17,567 bases of DNA, from contig JBMFNT010000004.1 of assembly GCA_049970015.1 (NCBI GenBank), positions 20,817-38,383 on the forward strand, written 5' to 3'. Positions 8,274 to 14,711 of this stretch are shown in pieces (the first letter of the stretch is position 1; every line of letters begins with the position of its first letter). A model generated the notes under the pieces. It was not told where the DNA came from and made no database searches. It saw only the letters and a list, made by a program, of their open reading frames with translations. Made by a program: the position numbers and the translations under genes. The stretch comes from Candidatus Micrarchaeia archaeon. Lineage in GTDB: Archaea; Micrarchaeota; Micrarchaeia; CAILAH01.

Positions 8274-8882
8274 ATGAAGAGATTACTGGTGCCGGGAGAT
8301 GAATTGCCCAACCTCAAAGTTTCAGGAAAGGGGGTTTACGAGGAAGATGGAAAGAAGTATGTTTCCCTGATTGGTATGTACAATGATGAGGAGAACGTAT
8401 TCATTCCATTAGAAGGCGTATACGAGCCACAGGAAGGAGATGTTTTGATAGGGCTTGTTAGTGAGGTAAAGCCAAATGGGTATGTGATAGAAACAGGGTT
8501 GCCTGGTGATACGTTTATGTCCATGCGCGATTTCAGGGAACGGCTTGATGTTGGTGATATCATAATAGCGAAAGTCCGTGATGTTGATGAGCTGCGCAAC
8601 ATATCGCTGGTAGATCCAGCAATCCTGAAAGGAGGGAGGATTCTTCGGATTTCCCCAGTGAAAGTACCTCGTGTAATAGGTAAGAAAGGTTCGATGCTCC
8701 AACAGATAAAAGATGCAACTGGCACAAAAATAGTAGTTGGCAGGAATGGCTGGATATGGATGCGTGATGGTAACGAGTATCTTGCTGCAAAGGCAATACT
8801 TAAGATAGAGTCTGAGGCACACATAAGTGGCCTTACAGATAAGATTGCGGCATTTTTGAAGAGTGGTGGTAAGGATGAGTAG
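8274..8882 (+). CDS. rrp4: Exosome RNA-binding cap subunit Rrp4
   Basis: LLVPGD, PLEGVYEPQEGDVLIG (S1 domain), KVPRVIGKKGSM and VGRNGWIW (KH domain), EAHISGLTD. Confidence 0.96.
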   Translation: MKRLLVPGDELPNLKVSGKGVYEEDGKKYVSLIGMYNDEENVFIPLEGVYEPQEGDVLIGLVSEVKPNGYVIETGLPGDTFMSMRDFRERLDVGDIIIAKVRDVDELRNISLVDPAILKGGRILRISPVKVPRVIGKKGSMLQQIKDATGTKIVVGRNGWIWMRDGNEYLAAKAILKIESEAHISGLTDKIAAFLKSGGKDE

Positions 8883-9612
8883 TAGTAATGGGAATGTAAA
8901 GTTGGTTGTTAATGGAAAGCGGCTTGATGGTAGGGCATTGGATGAGATGCGCCCTCTTAGTGTACGGGCGGGAGTGCTCAACCGTGCAGATGGATCTGCA
9001 TATGTTGAATGGGGTGGAAATAAGATAATTGCAGCGGTTTATGGCCCAAGGGAATGCTTCCCCAGACACATTAGCAATCCATATCGTGCAGTTCTCAACA
9101 TGAGATATATAATGTCTCCATTTGCATCCAAAGAAGAGCATGGGAGGGCTGGTCCAAACAGGAGGTCTATTGAACTTTCAATGGTGCTCCGTGAAGCATT
9201 GGAAAATGTTGTATTCCTGGAATATTATCCCAAGGCAATGATAAATGTGTTTGTTGAAGTTTTACAGGCATCCGGTGGTACGCGATGTGCCAGTCTTGTT
9301 GCCGCAGCAGTTGCTCTTGCAAACGCAGGTATACCTATGAAAGATTTACCGGTAGCTGTAGCTGCTGGGAAAATAGATGGTGAGATATGTATTGATTGCT
9401 CTAAAGAAGAGGATAACTATGGTCAATCTGATATGCCAGTAGCGATTGCACCGAGAAACAAGGAAATATTATTGTTGCAGATGGACGGGCAACTCACCAA
9501 AGAAGAGTTTTTCAAGGCTCTTGATTATGTAGAAGCACAGGTGTCTGTGATCAAAAATAAGGAGATTGAGGCATTGAAAGAGGTTTATAAGGAGCCGGCT
9601 GTCGAAAGGTGA
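8875..9612 (+). CDS. rrp41: Exosome core phosphorolytic subunit Rrp41
   Basis: RLDGR..EMRP, ADGSAY, VYGPRE, GPNRRSIE, GGTR phosphate site and EEDNYGQSDMP. Start set at ATG 8875 (GGTGG SD), overlapping the end of rrp4. Confidence 0.97.
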   Translation: MSSSNGNVKLVVNGKRLDGRALDEMRPLSVRAGVLNRADGSAYVEWGGNKIIAAVYGPRECFPRHISNPYRAVLNMRYIMSPFASKEEHGRAGPNRRSIELSMVLREALENVVFLEYYPKAMINVFVEVLQASGGTRCASLVAAAVALANAGIPMKDLPVAVAAGKIDGEICIDCSKEEDNYGQSDMPVAIAPRNKEILLLQMDGQLTKEEFFKALDYVEAQVSVIKNKEIEALKEVYKEPAVER

Positions 9613-9617
9613 TCTAA

Positions 9618-10388
9618 ATGAGTTTAATGGACGAAATAATGAAATCTAATGTTACAATGCTACTTGAGAAAGGTGAAAGGGTAGATAGGAGAGGGATGTT
9701 TGACTACAGGCCAATATCTGTTAGAAAATCTGCCATAGCTACAGCGGATGGGTCAGCGTGGGTTTCTATCGGAAATACGCAGGTGCTGGCGGCAGTCAAG
9801 TTTGACCTTGCGGAACCGTTTTCGGATAGGCCTGAGGAAGGTGTACTTTCTGTTAGTGCAGAACTTTTGCCAATGGCATCACCCACATTTGAGGTGGGAC
9901 CCCCAGATGAGCACGCAATTGAGTTGGCACGTGTCGTTGACAGGGCAGTGCGCAGTGCAGAGATAATAGATTTGAAATCTTTGTACATCGAACCGGGAAA
10001 GGCATATGGATTATACATAGATATATATGTGTTAGATTATGATGGGAATTACATAGATGCATCAATGCTTGCAAGTATGGCCGCACTGAGAGATGCTAAA
10101 ATACCATTGTATGAGGACGGAAAGCTCAATAGAGAGGTTGAGGGTATTCCACTTAAACTGAGGGGAAGTGCACTAGAGGTAACATTCGTCAAGATAGGAA
10201 AACACATAATGCTTGATCCATCTCTCGAAGAGGATCATGCGTATGATACGCGCCTTACTATAGGTATCAGCGGTGATAAATTGTGCACTATGCAGAAAAG
10301 CGGTAGGGGTGGAATAACCCGTGCTGAGCTTGGAATGATGATAGATGTTGCATTCGAAAAATATGGCCAGCTTGAGAAATACTTATAA
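9618..10388 (+). CDS. rrp42: Exosome core subunit Rrp42
   Basis: ADGSAWVSIGNTQV, PFSDRPEEG, FEVGPPDEHAIELARVVDRAVR, DYDGN, DPSLEE, QKSG. Confidence 0.97.
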   Translation: MSLMDEIMKSNVTMLLEKGERVDRRGMFDYRPISVRKSAIATADGSAWVSIGNTQVLAAVKFDLAEPFSDRPEEGVLSVSAELLPMASPTFEVGPPDEHAIELARVVDRAVRSAEIIDLKSLYIEPGKAYGLYIDIYVLDYDGNYIDASMLASMAALRDAKIPLYEDGKLNREVEGIPLKLRGSALEVTFVKIGKHIMLDPSLEEDHAYDTRLTIGISGDKLCTMQKSGRGGITRAELGMMIDVAFEKYGQLEKYL

Positions 10389-10420
10389 TATTATTTCTCT
10401 TTTAATTAGAGGAAGGTGTT

Positions 10421-10777
10421 GTGATGGTTAAGTTTTCGGTTAGGGGCGGTGCAAGGCTTAGGACACAGTACATCAAGATAAAAAAGTCAAAATCCGATAG
10501 GTATGAATGTCCTTCCTGCTCGAAGAAGTCAGTAAAAAGAGAAGGTGCGGGGCAGTGGGAATGCAGGTCTTGTGGTGCAGTGTTTGCTGGTGGAGCTTAT
10601 GAGTTTACAACACCAGGTGGCGTTCTTGCAAGAAGACTCATACAAGACCTGAGTAAAGGAAAGAAGTTGAGTGCAGCCGAACTTGAGAGCATTGAGAAAG
10701 CACTGGAAAAGAAAGAGGAACGGGCTGAAAGTGAGAAAAGCACTGCCGGAGAAAATGTTGAAGAACAGGTAAAATAA
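10421..10777 (+). CDS. rpl37ae: 50S ribosomal protein L37ae (eL43) with C-terminal extension
   Basis: CPSC...VKR...GQWECRSCGAVFAGGAY zinc ribbon and canonical position after rrp42. Start is GTG 10421 or ATG 10424. Confidence 0.93.
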   Translation: MMVKFSVRGGARLRTQYIKIKKSKSDRYECPSCSKKSVKREGAGQWECRSCGAVFAGGAYEFTTPGGVLARRLIQDLSKGKKLSAAELESIEKALEKKEERAESEKSTAGENVEEQVK

Positions 10778-10790
10778 AGAAGGTGTTTAA

Positions 10791-10922
10791 ATGTACAAAT
10801 GCATAAGCTGCAATAATCTAATAGAAAAAATAGACCAGAATTATGTCAGGTGTCCTTTCTGTGCATCTAGGGTGGTGTTCAAGGCAAGGCCTCCCGTTGC
10901 AAAGAAAGTTAAAACAGATTGA
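10791..10922 (+). CDS. rpoP: DNA-directed RNA polymerase subunit P (Rpo12)
   Basis: Not in the ORF track. Hand translation gives MYKCISCNNLIEKIDQNYVRCPFCASRVVFKARPPVAKKVKTD* (43 aa) with the YKCxxC...RCPxC...FKxRP pattern. AAGGTG SD and canonical position. Confidence 0.95.
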   Translation: MYKCISCNNLIEKIDQNYVRCPFCASRVVFKARPPVAKKVKTD

Positions 10923-11398
10923 TATGTATGTGTTATTTGACTACAAGCAGGAAATGTGGGCCAATAACCCGAAGGCTTGCAAGATCGCTTGCAAATGTTT
11001 TTTCTTGTGTTTATGAAAATAGGGGGAAGCGCAATTTTGATTCAATACTCAGAATGGCACATAAGCGAGGGTGTAAAAGGGTAGTTTTTGTTTATGAGAG
11101 TCATGGTAATCCTAACGAACTTTTTGCAGTTGATTTGGAAAATGATGAGTGGAAAGAGGCTGGTAGGATAATATTCAATCCGGTGCTAGTTGAGAAAATA
11201 CCAAAAAAGAAATGGGCAGTGTGCTATGATAAGGATGATGAACTGGCCAACCTTCTGGTGAGTATGCTTAACCCAGACAAAATTGAGCATGTCTCATCCA
11301 ATACTGTGAGGATAATAGCCAACAATGGCCGGTTGGATATACTAATAGATGGAAAACGAGCAGTATCCCTTAATCTGCTAGATATTGAGCACGCTTAA
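10919..11398 (+). CDS. Brix/Imp4-domain ribosome biogenesis protein
   Basis: TTSRK...TRRLARSLA, NRGK and E.HGNP motifs. Canonical position after rpoP. TTG start overlaps the rpoP TGA (alternative ATG at 10928). Confidence 0.85.
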   Translation: MICMCYLTTSRKCGPITRRLARSLANVFSCVYENRGKRNFDSILRMAHKRGCKRVVFVYESHGNPNELFAVDLENDEWKEAGRIIFNPVLVEKIPKKKWAVCYDKDDELANLLVSMLNPDKIEHVSSNTVRIIANNGRLDILIDGKRAVSLNLLDIEHA

Positions 11399-11406
11399 AA
11401 AAAGGT

Positions 11407-12213
11407 TTAGTTTTGGTTCTGGTTGTTAGATGTTTTTTCTGTTTGCTTTTCAATTCTCGATTGTGATAGATTGCCTGCTTTTTGGTTTCCAGTTGGGGTA
11501 TTGCTTTGTTTCGAGTTGCCTGCTTGCTGGTTTTCAGTGGGAACATTGTTTGATTCCGTTGTTTGATTCCTATTTGCTTGGTTATCTTTTAACCCGGTTA
11601 CAATTTTTTGTATAAATTCTATCTCCAACATATTCTTTATAGAGTTTATTACATATCTACTCAGCTTCTCAATTGACAGCACACCTACAAATGCACTCAA
11701 AGTGTATACAATTGCAGAGGATGAATCCACTATTTTCTCTATATTTAAGTTTTCAATACCATTTTCTAATATTCTGTATGTAGTATCTATTAGTGCAGGA
11801 GCAAATGCAAACAGTGAGATTTTTTTCAGCGAGTTAATGCATCCAACAACATTTTTTGATACCTTATCATCGATATCATATGTTTCAACAGTGCCTATAT
11901 TTTTTCTTTCTTCGGCATGCTTATCAAAGGCTGCATCAAACATAGACTTAACCACATACACTGCCGCACCGGCAAAGAAAATTTTAAACGGGTGTTTGGC
12001 AACAGAATATAGAAGTTCTTTGTTGTAATCGATAAATTGTGGTAATGTGCTATAGAAGTTATTATATTCAGTTTTACGAATGAGTTGTATGGATTCCACA
12101 AGCAATCCAGTTGCTAAAGCAGTCTTACCTAAAGGTAGTTTTTTCCTTATTTTACTTGTTGTTTTTTTCTCTCCATCTGGTTTATTTTCCACAAGTTTAG
12201 TGTCATTACTCAT
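11407..12213 (-). CDS. Hypothetical membrane protein with N/Q/T-rich tail
   Basis: 268-aa ORF with about four moderately hydrophobic segments and a low-complexity C-terminus. TATA-like element upstream and T-run downstream. Confidence 0.7.
   Translation of the reverse strand: MSNDTKLVENKPDGEKKTTSKIRKKLPLGKTALATGLLVESIQLIRKTEYNNFYSTLPQFIDYNKELLYSVAKHPFKIFFAGAAVYVVKSMFDAAFDKHAEERKNIGTVETYDIDDKVSKNVVGCINSLKKISLFAFAPALIDTTYRILENGIENLNIEKIVDSSSAIVYTLSAFVGVLSIEKLSRYVINSIKNMLEIEFIQKIVTGLKDNQANRNQTTESNNVPTENQQAGNSKQSNTPTGNQKAGNLSQSRIEKQTEKTSNNQNQN
11471..11553. repeat. Degenerate 45-bp tandem duplication inside a CDS
   Basis: TTGCCTGCTT starts at 11471 and again at 11516. The copies encode NNVPTENQQAGNSKQ and SNTPTGNQKAGNLSQ on the minus strand. 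Confidence 0.75.
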
Positions 12214-12236
12214 GATTTTTATTTCTTTTGAACATA

Positions 12237-12256
12237 TTTATATAGTTTTCTTTTTT
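12237..12256 (-). promoter_or_regulatory. Putative BRE/TATA promoter for a leaderless transcript of 11407..12213
   Basis: The minus strand reads AAAAAAGAAAAC TATATAAA about 24-31 nt before the ATG at 12213. Confidence 0.45.
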
Positions 12257-12535
12257 CTATTTCTCAGCTTTTTTTGATACCTTTTCAAAAACTAGTTTTA
12301 TCCCATTTAAATGTGCCACATTATAAACTGCAAAAAGGATAGTGTATATGAAAAAATAAGCTAGGCGAACCTCCATGCTTGATTCCACTACCATTAAGCT
12401 TAGTATTATTAAAATTAGAAATGCAACAACCATATGAAGCATTAAAGCTCCCCTACCCTTCGTTTTATTTTTCTTTTCATCCTCTTTCTTCTTTTCTTTA
12501 TCCACTTCCAGCGCATTCTTCCTTTTTTCTTCCAC
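12257..12535 (-). CDS. Small hypothetical membrane protein (2 TM)
   Basis: GTG start, K/E-rich N-terminus, two hydrophobic helices ([37 protein letters not shown]). Confidence 0.65.
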   Translation of the reverse strand: MEEKRKNALEVDKEKKKEDEKKNKTKGRGALMLHMVVAFLILIILSLMVVESSMEVRLAYFFIYTILFAVYNVAHLNGIKLVFEKVSKKAEK

Positions 12536-12614
12536 TTTCTAGGTATTGCTCCCAAAAAAGAACACCTCTTTCTAGATATAACAATTAAAAAGAAAAATAT
12601 TATAATAGTAATGT

Positions 12615-12869
12615 ATGTTGGATGAAACTGCTTTATCAGCAATCATTGGGGAGTTTGTATCTGCATACGGTGGAGAGATAGATATTTCATTAGTAAAGTT
12701 AGAAAAGGACAGGCTTGTGCTTAAGTTTAGTGGTGTTCTGTGCCGTACATGCGGTCCGGAAGACTACATAGATGGCTTTGCATACACTCTGAGATTAAAT
12801 GGTATAAATGCAGTATTGCTTGATTATAAGGAAGAGAAAGGCAGTTATATAGTAACCTATTCTCTGTAA
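12615..12869 (+). CDS. Small CxxC protein, NifU-C/Nfu-like
   Basis: [30 protein letters not shown] resembles the Nfu pattern GGDIELV...V.V.L.GACxxC. Confidence 0.55.
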   Translation: MLDETALSAIIGEFVSAYGGEIDISLVKLEKDRLVLKFSGVLCRTCGPEDYIDGFAYTLRLNGINAVLLDYKEEKGSYIVTYSL

Positions 12870-13022
12870 TTATGGTTTTAGCATCCTTCCAGATATACAA
12901 TTTAAACATACCCCATTTTTTTGGTGTTCAATACAAACAACTCTGCCGCATAATCTGCAGGTTATACATGGGGTGCATACCCTTCCACATATATAGCATC
13001 TGCCAGATAATTCCATCATCAT
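12870..13022 (-). CDS. Cys-rich putative zinc-finger microprotein
   Basis: Not in the ORF track. Hand translation gives MMMELSGRCYICGRVCTPCITCRLCGRVVCIEHQKNGVCLNCISGRMLKP* (50 aa, 9 Cys, 1 His). It fills the intergenic gap and begins 6 nt after the ATPase stop with a GGGG SD. The true start may be 13019 or 13016. Confidence 0.82.
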   Translation of the reverse strand: MMMELSGRCYICGRVCTPCITCRLCGRVVCIEHQKNGVCLNCISGRMLKP

Positions 13023-13028
13023 TACCCC

Positions 13029-14108
13029 TTATTCCTTAGCGAACAGTAATCTCCATTTCTTTGTGAGAACATATTTGTATGGCCGAGTAACAGTTTTAGT
13101 GCATATTGGATTTTTTAGCCCTTTCCTTGTCATCATTTCAGCGTCAGTTTGAAGCATGAGTCTGCCGATTTCCTTTGTTAAACTCCCATATGGAATTCCA
13201 GTCTCGTTTTCAAGCTCTTGTGCAGTCTTTGGGGCAGTTAAGCAGCGTATTATTTTCTTCTGGTTTTCTGACATGTTTTCAAATATCTTTTCAATGTTTT
13301 CATCGCTATCTTCAGCAATAGTCTTACCAGTTAGAAATATCTCCATATCAGATTTTGTAAATTCTCTATCAAATTTTTCATCTACATAATATATAGAAGC
13401 ATTTTGCGTGTTTATCAGAGTCTCCCTTGGGATATACCCAGAAATCCTTGATATGTATTCTAAGGCATCCCTCTTGAATGGATATGTTCCTTTTCCACCC
13501 ACATGCTCGATTCGCTTCGTAATCATTTCTATGAGTGTATCTAGGTTAGGCATTGGAAAAGATATCTCACGGGCTACTCTCCCTTCTCTGAAAGAGGTCT
13601 TATAGATTTCATAGCTTGATAGGGGTTCTATGCTTGTACATACGATTGCACTATCTACATGGTCCTTAATTGTTGCAAGCAGACTGGCTATATTGTCATC
13701 CTTTAGGAGGCCGGCCTCATCCACCAATAACACAAGTCGTCTTTTACCAATAATCCTGTTTATCTTGTCTACTATATTCTCATCCTTGCCCCTTATTATT
13801 TCCTGTATCTTGCTTATTAGGCTGCTTTGTGAGGCAAGGCGTCTTCCGAGTATTGTTAGAAATTGGTTTTTATCATGTAGTTCTCTGAAATCTAAGAACA
13901 CAGTGAAATAGGTTTCCTTTAACTTCGCATCTAAACAGTGTAGCAGGGAAGTTTTGCCTATGCCAGCTATACCATATGTACTAACAACAGCCCCAGAATC
14001 AATGTATTTTATAACTTCTTCAGCGAGATCTTCAAAAACAAAAAAATCAGCACTAGGCCGGTAATCAAACGGGTTTGACCTCCAGCCTAGTGCGTGGTAC
14101 CATGGCAT
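13029..14108 (-). CDS. AAA+ ATPase (ExeA/GspA-like N-terminus) with probable C-terminal winged helix
   Basis: WYHALGWRSNPF N-terminus, Walker A GIAGIGKT, Walker B LLVDEA, sensor-like SGYIPRE, and C-terminal MSENQKKII...KTAQELENETGIPYGSLTKEIGRL HTH-like segment. Confidence 0.8.
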   Translation of the reverse strand: MPWYHALGWRSNPFDYRPSADFFVFEDLAEEVIKYIDSGAVVSTYGIAGIGKTSLLHCLDAKLKETYFTVFLDFRELHDKNQFLTILGRRLASQSSLISKIQEIIRGKDENIVDKINRIIGKRRLVLLVDEAGLLKDDNIASLLATIKDHVDSAIVCTSIEPLSSYEIYKTSFREGRVAREISFPMPNLDTLIEMITKRIEHVGGKGTYPFKRDALEYISRISGYIPRETLINTQNASIYYVDEKFDREFTKSDMEIFLTGKTIAEDSDENIEKIFENMSENQKKIIRCLTAPKTAQELENETGIPYGSLTKEIGRLMLQTDAEMMTRKGLKNPICTKTVTRPYKYVLTKKWRLLFAKE

Positions 14109-14126
14109 GCTCGATCTACCCTGGAG

Positions 14127-14285
14127 CTAGAACATAGATGGTAGAATATCTATTTCTGTGCTTTTTTTTGATACCTTTTTCTTTATGTGTATTATTGATT
14201 CCCCGCATTTGCTTTCTATTTCTACATCAATATCTTCAGGCACTTTCTTAAGCAAATCTTTGTAGCGCATACTACCTATGCCCAT
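14127..14285 (-). CDS. Small basic hypothetical protein
   Basis: ATG at 14285 follows an AAGGTG SD, giving 52 aa (MGIGSMRYKDLLKKVPEDIDVEIESKCGESIIHIKKK...). Co-directional with the ATPase and 18 nt upstream of it. Confidence 0.6.
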   Translation of the reverse strand: MGIGSMRYKDLLKKVPEDIDVEIESKCGESIIHIKKKVSKKSTEIDILPSMF

Positions 14286-14420
14286 ACAAGCACCTTTAGT
14301 TCGACATCTAGTTCTCATCAAACATTTATAAATATATCTTTATTTTGTCGAGCTAATACTGGAAACACAGCTCCGAAAATATAATATATAATATAGGTGA
14401 AACCTAATTGGAGTGGCGTT

Positions 14421-14693
14421 ATGATAGAAGATGAGATTGTCCATTGGTGGAAGGACCAGGAGAGTGGGGTACAGCATAAAACAATACTTAGGATTGAGAG
14501 TGAGGAGGCACAGCTATGCAATGGGTTCCCAAGGGATGGAAAGGTTGTTATAAGGCTGATAAACACAAACTCTGCACAAGCGATAAAACTCAACCCTGAT
14601 GAGGCTTTAAGAGTGAGTACTCTTCTACTTAGTGTTGCTAAGGAAGTGATAAATAATAAGAGAATGCTTTGGAAAAAAACAGATTCTGTGTAA
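14421..14693 (+). CDS. Hypothetical protein
   Basis: ATG at 14421 with GGAG SD at 14410-14413 (alternative GTG at 14397). 90 aa with alternating beta-strand patterns followed by a long helix. Confidence 0.7.
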   Translation: MIEDEIVHWWKDQESGVQHKTILRIESEEAQLCNGFPRDGKVVIRLINTNSAQAIKLNPDEALRVSTLLLSVAKEVINNKRMLWKKTDSV

Positions 14694-14711
14694 ACCACCC
14701 CGAAATATATA

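Noticed and set aside
13029..14108. Orc1/Cdc6 with a replication origin, or a transposon TnsC
   Set aside because: The N-terminus is ExeA-like rather than Cdc6-like. I saw no ORB-like repeats, transposase or terminal inverted repeats.
14350..14373. GAGCT-N14-AGCTC inverted repeat in the divergent intergenic region
   Set aside because: Only a 5-bp perfect stem and a single occurrence, which could arise by chance.
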